From a virus (taxonomy: Duplodnaviria > Heunggongvirae > Uroviricota > Caudoviricetes), in the IMG/VR virus record IMGVR_UViG_2541047812_000004, positions 1 to 37,579 of that record: DNA of 37,579 bases. One strand, written 5' to 3'. The notes below the pieces were generated by a model. The model saw only the letters and a list, made by a program, of their open reading frames with translations, made no database searches and was not told where the DNA came from. The translations under genes were made by a program, and so were the position numbers. Each line of letters starts with the position of its first letter. The first letter of the stretch is position 1. Positions 26,868 through 36,914 of the stretch are shown here, piece after piece.

Positions 26868-27434
26868 ATGCTTATTGGTTATGTACGCGTGTCAACAAAT
26901 GACCAGAACACCGATTTGCAACGTAATGCACTGAATTGCGCGGGATGTGAGCGGATTTTTGAGGACAAAATCAGTGGCACTAAGTCCGACAGACCGGGGC
27001 TTAAAAAACTGCTTAGGACACTATCGGCAGGAGACACTCTGGTTGTCTGGAAGCTGGACAGGTTGGGGCGCAGTATGCGGCATCTTGTTACGCTGATAGA
27101 AGAGTTGCGCCAGCGTGGTGTGAATTTCCGAAGCCTGACTGACAGTATTGATACCAGCACCCCAATGGGCCGTTTCTTTTTTCATGTCATGGGGGCCTTG
27201 GCTGAAATGGAACGCGAACTGATAGTTGAACGTACCAGGGCAGGGCTGGCTGCAGCTCGTGTTAAAGGCAGAGTAGGTGGACGCCGTCCTAAGTTGACCA
27301 GCGAACAGTGGGCACAGATTGGGCGTTTACTCGAGGCCGGAGAATCAAGACAGCGTATTGCACTGATTTTTGATGTGGGCGTTTCTACCATTTATCGAAA
27401 ATTTCCGGCAAATAAGAGCAATGAATCTCCCTGA
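26868..27434 (+). CDS. Serine recombinase DNA invertase (Pin/Gin/Hin/Cin family)
   Basis: MLIGYVRVSTNDQNTDLQRNAL... with catalytic Ser in YVRVST is very similar to recalled e14 Pin; C-terminal HTH. Start at ATG 26868 with AAGGAG RBS. Confidence 0.9.
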   Translation: MLIGYVRVSTNDQNTDLQRNALNCAGCERIFEDKISGTKSDRPGLKKLLRTLSAGDTLVVWKLDRLGRSMRHLVTLIEELRQRGVNFRSLTDSIDTSTPMGRFFFHVMGALAEMERELIVERTRAGLAAARVKGRVGGRRPKLTSEQWAQIGRLLEAGESRQRIALIFDVGVSTIYRKFPANKSNESP

Positions 27435-27482
27435 ATCAGCTTTATTTTGATTATCCCTGAGAGCAGATAAATACCGTCATTT

Positions 27483-27500
27483 TGTGTGAATAACGGTACA
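27483..27500. promoter_or_regulatory. Ogr-type late promoter activator site (TGT-N12-ACA) upstream of FI
   Basis: tgtgtgaataacggtaca = TGT-N12-ACA, about 77 bp upstream of the FI ATG. Confidence 0.55.
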
Positions 27501-27576
27501 ACTGCGCTTAGCTGTTTGTCAGGCACAATCACTTCAACATAGGGCGAAGCCTAATCCAATCAGGAGGTTCGCCACT

Positions 27577-28749
27577 ATGGCTCAGGATTACCACCACGGG
27601 GTGCGCGTTGTTGAAGTCAACGAAGGCACCCGATCCATTACCACGGTGAGCACCGCCATCGTGGGTATGGTCTGCACGGGCGATGATGCCGATGCAAAAA
27701 TGTTTCCTCTTAATAAACCCGTGCTGATCACTGATGTGCTGACTGCCAGCGGTAAAGCGGGTGAGTCCGGTACGCTGGCCCGTTCGCTGGACGCCATCGC
27801 TGACCAGGCAAAACCCGTGACCGTTGTTGTGCGTGTGCCGCAGGGTGAAACGGAAGAAGAAACCACGACCAATATCATCGGAGCAGTGACCGCTGAAGGT
27901 AAAAAAACAGGCATGAAAGCCCTGTTATCTGCCCAGTCACAGCTCGGCGTTAAACCGCGCATTCTCGGCGTGCCAGGTCACGACACGAAGGCGGTAGCTA
28001 CTGAGTTGCTGAGCGTGGCGCAAAGCCTGCGTGGGTTTGCTTACCTGTCAGCGTATGGTTGCAAGACGGTGCAGGAAGCAATCACTTACCGTGAAAACTT
28101 CAGTCAGCGTGAAGGAATGCTGATCTGGCCCGACTTTACTGGCTGGGACACGGTGCTGAATGCCGAAGCAACGGCTTATGCCACCGCCCGTGCGCTCGGT
28201 CTGCGCGCCAAAATTGATGAGCAGACCGGATGGCACAAAAGCCTGTCCAACGTGGGCGTGAACGGTGTCACCGGAATTTCTGCTGATGTGTTCTGGGATC
28301 TGCAGGACCCGGCAACCGATGCAGGTCTGCTGAACCAGAACGACGTCACCACGCTTGTGCGCAAGGATGGTTTCCGCTTCTGGGGTTCCCGCTGTCTGAG
28401 CGATGATCCGCTTTTTGCTTTCGAAAACTACACCCGCACGGCGCAGGTGCTGACGGACACAATGGCAGAAGCGCACATGTGGGCGGTGGACAAACCGCTG
28501 AACCCGTCGCTGGCGCGCGACATTATCGAAGGTATCCGCGCCAAAATGCGCAGCCTGGTCAGTCAGGGCTATCTCATTGGTGGTGATTGCTGGCTGGACG
28601 AGTCGGTGAACGATAAAGACACGCTGAAAGCCGGGAAGCTCACCATCGACTACGACTACACGCCAGTGCCGCCACTTGAAAACCTGATGCTGCGTCAGCG
28701 CATCACCGATCAGTACCTGGTGAATTTCTCCAGCCAGGTCAGCGCGTAA
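27577..28749 (+). CDS. FI: Tail sheath protein (P2 gpFI-like)
   Basis: 390 aa; AGGAGG RBS; order FI-FII-E-T. Confidence 0.9.
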   Translation: MAQDYHHGVRVVEVNEGTRSITTVSTAIVGMVCTGDDADAKMFPLNKPVLITDVLTASGKAGESGTLARSLDAIADQAKPVTVVVRVPQGETEEETTTNIIGAVTAEGKKTGMKALLSAQSQLGVKPRILGVPGHDTKAVATELLSVAQSLRGFAYLSAYGCKTVQEAITYRENFSQREGMLIWPDFTGWDTVLNAEATAYATARALGLRAKIDEQTGWHKSLSNVGVNGVTGISADVFWDLQDPATDAGLLNQNDVTTLVRKDGFRFWGSRCLSDDPLFAFENYTRTAQVLTDTMAEAHMWAVDKPLNPSLARDIIEGIRAKMRSLVSQGYLIGGDCWLDESVNDKDTLKAGKLTIDYDYTPVPPLENLMLRQRITDQYLVNFSSQVSA

Positions 28750-28758
28750 GGGGACAAT

Positions 28759-29274
28759 ATGGCTTTACCACGCAAATTAAAACACCTGAACCTGTTTAAC
28801 GACGGGAACAACTGGCAGGGGATCGTTGAGTCGCTGACGCTGCCGAAATTCACCCGCAAATATGAGAAGTATCGCGGCGGCGGTATGCCGGGGGCGGTGG
28901 ATGTGGATTTGGGACTGGATGACAGTGCACTGGATACAGAATTTTCCATTGGTGGTACTGAGCTGCTGCTGTTTAAGCAGATGGGCAAAGCCACGGTGGA
29001 TGGCATCCAGTTGCGCTTTACCGGCTCTATCCAGCGTGATGATACCGGGGAAGTGCAGGCCGTGGAGCTTGTGGTGCGTGGACGTCACAAAGAAGTGGAT
29101 TCCGGCGAGTGGAAGACGGGCGAAAGCAACACCACCAAAGTGACCAGTACCAACAGCTACGCGAAGCTGACTATCAATGGTGAGGTGCTCTATGAAGTGG
29201 ACCTTATCAACATGGTGGAAATTGTGGACGGTGTGGACCTGATGGAAGCGCACCGCAACGCCCTCGGCCTCTGA
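28759..29274 (+). CDS. FII: Tail tube protein (P2 gpFII-like)
   Basis: 171 aa following the sheath gene. Confidence 0.9.
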   Translation: MALPRKLKHLNLFNDGNNWQGIVESLTLPKFTRKYEKYRGGGMPGAVDVDLGLDDSALDTEFSIGGTELLLFKQMGKATVDGIQLRFTGSIQRDDTGEVQAVELVVRGRHKEVDSGEWKTGESNTTKVTSTNSYAKLTINGEVLYEVDLINMVEIVDGVDLMEAHRNALGL

Positions 29275-29328
29275 TGTATCTGAACGGCGCGGAATGCCGC
29301 GCCAGAACCTAATTTACAGGACAGCAAA

Positions 29329-29631
29329 ATGAGCGATAAGCAGACTGAAAAGACCATTCAACTGGATACCCCCATCATGCGTGGTAAAACTGAAATCACC
29401 GAAATTGTGCTGCGTAAACCGCAGTCCGGTGCGCTGCGCGGTACACGCCTGCAGGCCATTATGGATATGGATGTGAACGCGATGATGACCGTGATCCCCC
29501 GCATCTCCAGCCCGGCGCTGACTGCACAGGAAATTGCAGAGATGGACCCGGCAGATCTCACTGCCATGTCGGTTGAGGTTGTCACTTTTTTGTTGAAGAA
29601 GTCGGTGCTTGCCGGTTTACCGACAGCCTGA
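29329..29631 (+). CDS. E: Tail assembly chaperone E
   Basis: 100-aa ORF immediately upstream of the tape measure; contains slippery T6G near its 3' end. Confidence 0.85.
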   Translation: MSDKQTEKTIQLDTPIMRGKTEITEIVLRKPQSGALRGTRLQAIMDMDVNAMMTVIPRISSPALTAQEIAEMDPADLTAMSVEVVTFLLKKSVLAGLPTA

Positions 29632-29765
29632 CGGTTGACGATCTGGTGGCAGATATCGCCACCATTTTTCACTGGCCGCCATCCGTTACTGACGTTATGC
29701 CGCTGACCGAAGTGCTGGAATGGCGGTATAAAGCGATTCAGAGAAGCGGGGCCAACGATGAGTGA
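29329..29765 (+). CDS. E': E+E' fusion produced by programmed -1 ribosomal frameshift
   Basis: Slippery heptamer T-TTT-TTG at 29586-29592; the -1 frame stays open (FFVEEVGACRFTDSLTVDDLVADIATIFHWPP...) to TGA at 29763-29765, overlapping the T start. Confidence 0.7.
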
Positions 29766-32700
29766 TAATAACCTGCGCCTGCAGGTCATTCTTAATGCGG
29801 TTGACAAACTCACCCGCCCATTCCGTGCTGCACAGGCCAGTTCGAAAGAGCTGGCTGGCGCAATCAGAAACTCCCGTGACGCATTAAAGCAACTCAATCA
29901 GGCGGGTAACAGCCTGGAAAAATTTCGCAAGCTGCAGGCCGATAACAAAAAGTTAGGCGACAGGCTGAACTATGCCCGACAGAAGGCAAATTTGCTTAGT
30001 TCTGAGCTGGAAGCGATGGAACAACCATCACAACGGCACCTTGTGGCTTTAGGTCGGCAAACGCTGGCAGTCCAACGCCTGGAAGAACAACAAAAATATT
30101 TGCAGAAGCAAACGGCGCTTGTGCGTGCAGAACTGTACCGGGCGGGAATTTCTGCGAAAGATGATGCGGGAGCAACTGCCCGTTTAGCCCGTGAAACATC
30201 ACGTTATAACCAGGAACTTTCGAAACAAGAGGCGCGGCTGAAGCGACTGGGGGAAGCTCAGCGCAGGATGAATGCGGCGCGTGCCAGTTATGCCCGTTCG
30301 CTGGAGGTGCGTGATCGTATTGCAGGTGCCGGAGCCACCACCACGGCTGCAGGGCTGGCAATGGGCGCACCAGTGATGGCGGCAGTAAAAAGCTATACCA
30401 GCATGGAAGATGCCATGAAAGGTGTGGCAAAGCAGGTCAATGGTCTGCGTGACGATAATGGCAACCGCACCGCGCGTTTTTACGAAATGCAGGATGCCAT
30501 CAAGGCTGCCAGCGAACAGTTGCCGATGGAAAACGGTGCTGTGGACTTTGCCGCACTGGTTGAAGGTGGTGCGCGCATGAACGTCGCAAATCCTGACGAC
30601 AGCTGGGAAGACCAGAAACGTGACCTGCTGGCCTTCGCCAGCACGGCAGCAAAGGCGGCAACAGCCTTTGAGCTGCCAGCGGATGAACTGTCAGAAAGTC
30701 TGGGGAAAATCGCCCAGCTCTACAAAATCCCTACCCGCAATATTGAACAGCTCGGTGATGCGCTGAACTATCTGGATGATAACGCCATGTCGAAAGGGGC
30801 AGACATCATTGATGTCATGCAACGCCTGGGCGGTGTGGCTGATCGTCTGGATTATCGTAAAGCGGCGGCGCTGGGTTCCACCTTTCTGACACTGGGCGCT
30901 GCGCCAGAGGTTGCAGCCAGTGCAGCAAACGCGATGGTGCGTGAATTGTCCATTGCCACCATGCAAAGCAAGAGTTTCTTTGAAGGGATGAATCTGCTGA
31001 AACTCAATCCTGAAGTGATTGAAAAGCAGATGACGAAGGATGCGATGGGAACTATCCAGCGTGTGCTGGAGAAGGTGAACGCACTGCCGCAGGACAAGCG
31101 TCTGTCTGCCATGACCATGTTGTTTGGTAAAGAGTTTGGCGATGACGCGGCGAAACTGGCAAACAACCTGCCGGAACTACAGCGCCAGCTAAAACTGACA
31201 GCGGGCAATGATGCGCTCGGTTCCATGCAGAAAGAATCCGACATCAACAAGGACTCACTTTCTGCTCAGTGGTTGCTGGTTAAAACCGGAGCGCAGAATA
31301 CCTTCAGCAGCCTGGGCGAAACGCTGCGCCAGCCGCTGATGGATATTCTGTACACGGTGAAAAGCGTTACGGGAGCGTTGCGTCGCTGGGTGGAAGCTAA
31401 CCCGGAACTGACGGGCACACTGATGAAAGTAGCCGCTATTGTGGCTGCGGTTACCGTAGGCCTCGGCACCTTGGCTGTGGCGCTGGCTGCAGTGCTGGGG
31501 CCGCTGGCAGTCATCCGTCTGGGATTCTCTGTGCTGGGCATCAAAACGTTACCTTCCGTTACGGCAGCAGTAACACGAACCAGCAGCGCGTTGTCCTGGC
31601 TGGCTGGCGCTCCACTGGCAGTGCTGCGACGCGGGCTTGCTTCATCGGGTAACGCAGCGGGTTTACTTACTGCGCCGTTGTCGTCTTTGCGCCGTACGGC
31701 ATCACTGACGGGAAATGTCCTGAAAACTGTAGCAGGTGCGCCGGTTGTACTATTGCGGTCTGGATTATCCGCTTTACGTGCTGTTGCTGTGATGTTTATG
31801 AATCCTCTGGCGGTACTGCGCAGTGGACTGGCTGCCGCAGGCGCGGTGCTTCGTGTGCTTGCATCTGGTCCGCTGGCGATGCTGCGCGTTGCCCTGTATG
31901 CCATATCTGGTCTGTTAGGTGCTCTGCTCAGTCCGATAGGTCTTGTGGTTACTGCACTGGCGGGCGTGGCGCTGGTTGTCTGGAAATACTGGCAACCCAT
32001 CACCGCATTTCTCGGTGGCGTGGTGGAAGGGTTCAAAGCGGCGGCAGGTCCCGTCAGTGCTGCATTCGAACCACTTAAGCCTGTGTTTCAGTGGATTGGC
32101 GACAAAGTACAGGCGCTGTGGGGTTGGTTTACTGATCTGCTGACGCCCGTTAAGTCGACCTCTGCCGAACTGCAGAGTGCAGCGGCAATGGGGCGGCGAT
32201 TCGGGGAGGCACTGGCGGAAGGGCTGAATATGGTCATGCATCCGCTGGACTCCCTGAAATCCGGCGTTTCCTGGTTGCTGGAGAAACTCGGCATTGTCAG
32301 TAAAGAGGCCGCAAAGGCAAAACTACCGGAAAGCGTGACGCGTCAGCAACCTGCGACGGTGAATGCAGACGGTAAAGTGATGATGCCATCGGGTGATTTT
32401 CCGTCATGGGGATATGGCTTTGCGGGGATGTATGACAGCGGCGGCTATATCCCGCGCGGGCAGTTCGGCATTGTCGGTGAAAACGGGCCTGAAATTGTTA
32501 ACGGCCCGGCAAACGTGACCAGCCGGAGAAATACAGCTGCACTGGCTGCCGTTGTCGCCGGAATGATGGGTGTTGCTGCCGCGCCAGCAGAGCTTCCACC
32601 GTTGCATCCTTTGGCGCTTCCCGCGAAAGGCGGTGAAGCGATGGTGAGTTGTGCAGCTACTGTGCCGCCCATTTACCGGATTGAAGCACCGACGCAGATC

Positions 32701-32835
32701 ATCATCCAGACACAGCCAGGACAAAGTGCGCAGGATATTGCGCGGGAGGTGGCCCGCCAGCTTGATGAACGTGAACGCAGGCTGAAGGCAAAAGCCAGGA
32801 GTAACTACAGCGATCAGGGGGGATACGACGCATGA
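29758..32835 (+). CDS. T: Tail tape measure protein (P2 gpT-like)
   Basis: 1025 aa, Ala/Leu-rich with coiled-coil-like N-terminal region and internal repeats; follows E/E'. Confidence 0.9.
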   Translation: MSDNNLRLQVILNAVDKLTRPFRAAQASSKELAGAIRNSRDALKQLNQAGNSLEKFRKLQADNKKLGDRLNYARQKANLLSSELEAMEQPSQRHLVALGRQTLAVQRLEEQQKYLQKQTALVRAELYRAGISAKDDAGATARLARETSRYNQELSKQEARLKRLGEAQRRMNAARASYARSLEVRDRIAGAGATTTAAGLAMGAPVMAAVKSYTSMEDAMKGVAKQVNGLRDDNGNRTARFYEMQDAIKAASEQLPMENGAVDFAALVEGGARMNVANPDDSWEDQKRDLLAFASTAAKAATAFELPADELSESLGKIAQLYKIPTRNIEQLGDALNYLDDNAMSKGADIIDVMQRLGGVADRLDYRKAAALGSTFLTLGAAPEVAASAANAMVRELSIATMQSKSFFEGMNLLKLNPEVIEKQMTKDAMGTIQRVLEKVNALPQDKRLSAMTMLFGKEFGDDAAKLANNLPELQRQLKLTAGNDALGSMQKESDINKDSLSAQWLLVKTGAQNTFSSLGETLRQPLMDILYTVKSVTGALRRWVEANPELTGTLMKVAAIVAAVTVGLGTLAVALAAVLGPLAVIRLGFSVLGIKTLPSVTAAVTRTSSALSWLAGAPLAVLRRGLASSGNAAGLLTAPLSSLRRTASLTGNVLKTVAGAPVVLLRSGLSALRAVAVMFMNPLAVLRSGLAAAGAVLRVLASGPLAMLRVALYAISGLLGALLSPIGLVVTALAGVALVVWKYWQPITAFLGGVVEGFKAAAGPVSAAFEPLKPVFQWIGDKVQALWGWFTDLLTPVKSTSAELQSAAAMGRRFGEALAEGLNMVMHPLDSLKSGVSWLLEKLGIVSKEAAKAKLPESVTRQQPATVNADGKVMMPSGDFPSWGYGFAGMYDSGGYIPRGQFGIVGENGPEIVNGPANVTSRRNTAALAAVVAGMMGVAAAPAELPPLHPLALPAKGGEAMVSCAATVPPIYRIEAPTQIIIQTQPGQSAQDIAREVARQLDERERRLKAKARSNYSDQGGYDA

Positions 32836-33317
32836 TGATGGTGCTTGGATTGTACGTGTTTATGCTGCGCACCGTGCCGTATCAGGAACTGCAGTATCAG
32901 CGCAGCTGGCGACATGCGGCTAACAGCCGGGTAAATCGTCGTCCGTCCACGCAGTTTCTGGGACCGGATAACGACATGCTGACGCTTTCTGGTGTTCTTA
33001 TGCCGGAGATAACAGGCGGCAGGCTGTCGTTGCTGGCACTGGAGCTGATGGCAGAACAGGGGAAAGCATGGCCTCTGATTGAAGGCAGCGGCACGATTTA
33101 CGGCATGTATGTGATTGAGGGACTGAATCAGACTAAAACGGAGTTTTTCCGCGACGGTATGCCGCGCCGGATTGAGTTCACCCTGTCGCTCAAACGGGTG
33201 GATGAATCCCTGTCCGATATGTTCGGTGATCTCAGTGCGCAACTGAATAATCTGCAGGGAACGGCAACATCTGCCTTAAGCGATATCAGTAAAACGGTGG
33301 GAGGGCTTCTGTCGTGA
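32832..33317 (+). CDS. U: Tail protein (P2 gpU-like)
   Basis: 161 aa, ATG overlaps T stop; order T-U-D. Confidence 0.85.
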   Translation: MMMVLGLYVFMLRTVPYQELQYQRSWRHAANSRVNRRPSTQFLGPDNDMLTLSGVLMPEITGGRLSLLALELMAEQGKAWPLIEGSGTIYGMYVIEGLNQTKTEFFRDGMPRRIEFTLSLKRVDESLSDMFGDLSAQLNNLQGTATSALSDISKTVGGLLS

Positions 33318-34414
33318 ATTTCAGCTCTGAACTGCTTAACAAAGGCAACAAAACACCGGCATTCAGCATCAGTATTGAAGGCAGGGATATCACCACTGTG
33401 CTGGACAACCACCTGATGGGGCTGACGCTGACGGATAACCGGGGATTTGAAGCGGACCAGCTTGATCTGGAGCTTGACGACGCCGATGGAAAAATCGTGC
33501 TGCCGCGCCGTGGTGCGGTCATTACGCTGGCGCTGGGCTGGAAGGGGCAGCCGCTTTTCCCGAAAGGGGCATTCACGGTGGACGAGATTGAACACACTGG
33601 CGCACCGGACCGCCTGACTATCCGGGCGCGAAGTGCTGATTTTCGTGAAGCGCTGAATACCCGCCGTGAAAAATCGTGGCACAAGACCACGGTCGGGGAA
33701 GTGGTGAAGGAAATAGCTGCGCGTCACAAACTGAAGATGGCACTGGGTAAAGACCTGTCGGATAAACCCGTGGATCATATAGACCAGACTAATGAGAGTG
33801 ACGGCAGTTTTCTGATGCGGTTGGCGCGCCAGTACGGTGCTATTGCGTCGGTGAAAAATGGCAATCTGTTATTCATCCGACAGGGACAGGGCAAAAGCGC
33901 CACAGGTAAACCACTGCCAGTGATCACTATCACACGCAAGGACGGCGACAGTCACCGATTTACCCTGGCAGATCGCGGAGCCTACACGGGCGTAATTGCC
34001 AGCTGGTTGCATACCCGTGAACCCGCGAAGAAAGAAAGCACTACAGTGAAGCGTAAGCGCAGGACCAAGAAGCATAAGAAAGAGCCGGAAGCGAAGCAGG
34101 GCGATTACCTGGTGGGTACGGATGAAAACGTGCTGGTACTTAATCGCACTTATGCCAACCGTAGCAACGCCGAACGAGCGGCAAAAATGCAGTGGGAACG
34201 CCTGCAACGCGGTGTTGCGTCATTCTCGCTGCAACTGGCAGAAGGACGGGCAGATCTTTATACGGAAATGCCTGTGAAAGTCAGTGGCTTTAAACAGCCG
34301 ATAGATGATGCGGAATGGACCATTACGACTCTGACACATACCGTCAGCCCGGATAACGGTTTTACGACCAGTCTGGAGCTTGAAGTGAGGATTGATGATT
34401 TCGAAATGGAATGA
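33314..34414 (+). CDS. D: Tail protein (P2 gpD-like)
   Basis: 366 aa, GTG start overlapping U stop; order. Confidence 0.85.
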   Translation: MNFSSELLNKGNKTPAFSISIEGRDITTVLDNHLMGLTLTDNRGFEADQLDLELDDADGKIVLPRRGAVITLALGWKGQPLFPKGAFTVDEIEHTGAPDRLTIRARSADFREALNTRREKSWHKTTVGEVVKEIAARHKLKMALGKDLSDKPVDHIDQTNESDGSFLMRLARQYGAIASVKNGNLLFIRQGQGKSATGKPLPVITITRKDGDSHRFTLADRGAYTGVIASWLHTREPAKKESTTVKRKRRTKKHKKEPEAKQGDYLVGTDENVLVLNRTYANRSNAERAAKMQWERLQRGVASFSLQLAEGRADLYTEMPVKVSGFKQPIDDAEWTITTLTHTVSPDNGFTTSLELEVRIDDFEME

Positions 34415-34504
34415 TTCTTCGCAATGGAGAACTTTTAAGTTTGCAAAATGGAATAATGCGGTATCATTGTTGTGAATTTAGCAAAAATGGGGAGAACTCG
34501 AAAA

Positions 34505-34723
34505 ATGATGATTTGCCCACTGTGTGGAAGTGCCGCCCATACTCGCAGCAGTTTTCAGGTATCTTCATTGACCAAAGAGCGTTACAACCAGTGCCAGAAC
34601 ATTAACTGCAGCCATACTTTTGTTACCCATGAAACTTTTGTTCGTTCGATTGCAACGCCAAAAGAGTCAAATCCGGTTCAGCCGCATCCAATGAAATCAG
34701 GACAGGTGGCGCTCTCTCTTTGA
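34505..34723 (+). CDS. ogr: Late transcription activator, Ogr/Delta zinc-finger family
   Basis: CPLCGSAAH...CQNINCSHTF matches Ogr CxxC...CxxxxC zinc-finger pattern (recalled P2 Ogr: CPLCQHAAH...CQNVNCSATF). Start ATG 34505; ORF-track start at 34472 rejected. Confidence 0.85.
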   Translation: MMICPLCGSAAHTRSSFQVSSLTKERYNQCQNINCSHTFVTHETFVRSIATPKESNPVQPHPMKSGQVALSL

Positions 34724-34800
34724 CGCTGCCGCCATTTTGTCGCCATCATTAAAAAACAGTGCTTCTAACTTTATGATTTTAAAAGGCATAAATTTCAGGC

Positions 34801-34853
34801 AACAAAAAACCCATCAACCTTGAACCGAAATGGCGGGGTTGATGGGCTCCACA
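34801..34853 (-). terminator. Rho-independent terminator on minus strand (probable ybjL terminator, near prophage right junction)
   Basis: 10-bp inverted repeat cccatcaacc / ggttgatggg; on the minus strand the hairpin is followed by TTTTTTG (complement of caaaaaa at 34801-34807). Confidence 0.5.
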
Positions 34854-34959
34854 AAATGGGGACATCAAAGAAAAGCAGTGGCACTAATTAAGACTGATGC
34901 CCTGCGGAAAAGTTCTGCGGTTGTGCAAAAAAAATTTCATTTTCAGGGCAACTTCAGTT

Positions 34960-36645
34960 TTATCCTAATCCTGGCCATACCATGACGATGATTGTCCCTG
35001 CCAGCGTCAGCAGGACGTTGGCGATTGCATAGGTGCCCGCATAGCCCAGCGCCGGGATGTTACTGCGAGCTGTATCACTGATGATCTCCATTGCCGGCGC
35101 GCAGGTGCGTGCGCCCATCATTGCGCCGAACAACAGTGCGCGGTTCATTCGCAATACATAAGCACCGAACAAGAAACAGATAACCACTGGCACAAGACTG
35201 ACAATCAATCCGGCAATCAACATCTGACCGCCAATCGCGCCCAGGCCGTTATTAATACCGCTACCGGCGCTCAGACCAACGCCTGCCATAAACACCATTA
35301 AGCCGAACTCTTTCACCATGCTTAATGCACCCTGCGGAATGTAACCGAAGGTCGGGTGGTTAGCGCGCATAAAGCCCAGCATAATTCCGGCGAATAACAA
35401 CCCGGCAGCGTTCCCCATGCCGAAACTGAATGTGCTGAACTGGAAGGTGATCATCCCGATCATCAGCCCAATAACAAAGAAGGCGCAGAATGCCAGCAAG
35501 TCAGTGACCTGGCTGTGAATCGAGATAAAGCCGATGCGATCGGCGATGGTTTTTACGCGACGGGCATCGCCGCTGACTTGTAAAACGTCACCTTTGTTAA
35601 GCACGACGTTGTCATCTATCGGCATCTCAATCTGGCTACGAATGACGCGGTTAAGGAAGCAACCGTGATCGGTCAACTTCAGTTGTGCGAGACGTTTGCC
35701 AACGGCGTTATGGTTTTTAACGACCACTTCTTCAGTGACGATACGCATGTCGAGAAGGTCACGATCGAAAACTTCTTTGCCGTTACGGAAGCTGGGATCG
35801 AGTCGTGCGTGGGCGTCGGGATAGCCTACCAACGCTATTTCATCGCCCATTTGTAGCACAGCATCACCGTCTGGATTTGCCAGAATCCCGTTACGTCGAA
35901 TACGTTCAATGTAGCAGCCAGTTTGTCGATAAATACCCAGTTCACGCAGATTTTTGCCGTCGGTCCAGGCCACCAGCTCCGGGCCGACGCGGTAGGCGCG
36001 GATCACCGGTAAATAAACCTTACGGTTGGCATCAGTGTCCAGGCCACGTTCGCGGGCGATTTGCTGGGCGCTGGTCTGTAAGTCCTGATGCTGCAATTTC
36101 GGCAAGTAACGCGCACCAACAATCAAACTCACCAGACCGATTAAATAGGTTAAGGCATACCCGAGGCTCAGATTATCCAGTGCCAGTGAGAGCTGCCTGC
36201 TTTCCATGCCGGAATGACGCAGTGTATCGCCAGCACCGACCAGAACCGGTGTCGACGTCATAGAGCCAGCTAACATACCGGCCGTCAGGCCAATATCCCA
36301 GCCAAACAGCTTACCTAACCCTAAGGCGATCACCAGCGCACTGCCAACCATCACCAGTGCTAACATTAGGTAATTTTTCCCATCGCGAAAAAAAATGGAA
36401 AAAAAGTTCGGTCCGGCTTCGACCCCGACGCAGAAAATAAACAGCATAAAGCCAAGATTAAGCGCGTCGGTGTTAATGCTGAAATGTTGTTGGCCTAATA
36501 ACAGCGATACGACTAAAACGCCAATGGAATTACCCAGTTGGATCGAACCAAGTCGTAATTTCCCGAGACATAGCCCAAGCGCGAGGACCACAAATAATAA
36601 CAGAATGTAATTCCCATTTAACAATTCGGCGACGTTTATATTCAC
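34960..36645 (-). CDS. ybjL: Putative transporter YbjL (host gene)
   Basis: 561-aa polytopic membrane protein matching recalled E. coli YbjL in length and N-terminus ([18 protein letters not shown]...); GTG start. Confidence 0.85.
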
Positions 36646-36914
36646 GGAGGCTAACTTCTTGTTTACTAGTAAGCTGTTGAAAGAAATGGTAATTTACGAT
36701 AATGTTTTTTACCAGAATTCAGGGCGCAGATTCATTCAGCGCACCTAAACGATAGTAAAGTAACAATATATTTTACTAGTGTAATCACATTAGGTATCAA
36801 CGGCTATATGAATTGCGTTGGCCTATATTAGCATGGAATGCGAAGCGGCTTTATCTTACTGAACGCCACACTGGCGAAAAATGTGTTCGATAGACGCAGT
36901 GTCAGGAGGAACGA

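Larger units (their letters stand above)
1..34740. mobile_element. P2/186-like prophage (right portion ends near ogr; left att site is outside window)
   Basis: Contiguous P2-type gene order: int, repressor, cII, A, Q, P, O, N, M, L, X, lysis, R, S, V, W, J, I, H, G, FI, FII, E, T, U, D, ogr, then host genes ybjL-ybjM-grxA. Right boundary is approximate. Confidence 0.9.

Noticed and set aside
31266-32036. 256-aa minus-strand ORF
   Set aside because: Antisense to the Ala-rich tape measure gene; Ala/Ser/Thr/Pro-rich mirror-frame artefact.
33128-33778. 216-aa minus-strand ORF
   Set aside because: Antisense across the U/D genes; Arg-rich low-complexity translation, no RBS.
34724-34959. tRNA gene or tRNA fragment at the attachment site
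   Set aside because: No cloverleaf-compatible structure or conserved tRNA end (TPsiC-arm GTTC, CCA) noticed; the site appears to be intergenic next to ybjL. A tRNAscan run would be needed to be certain.
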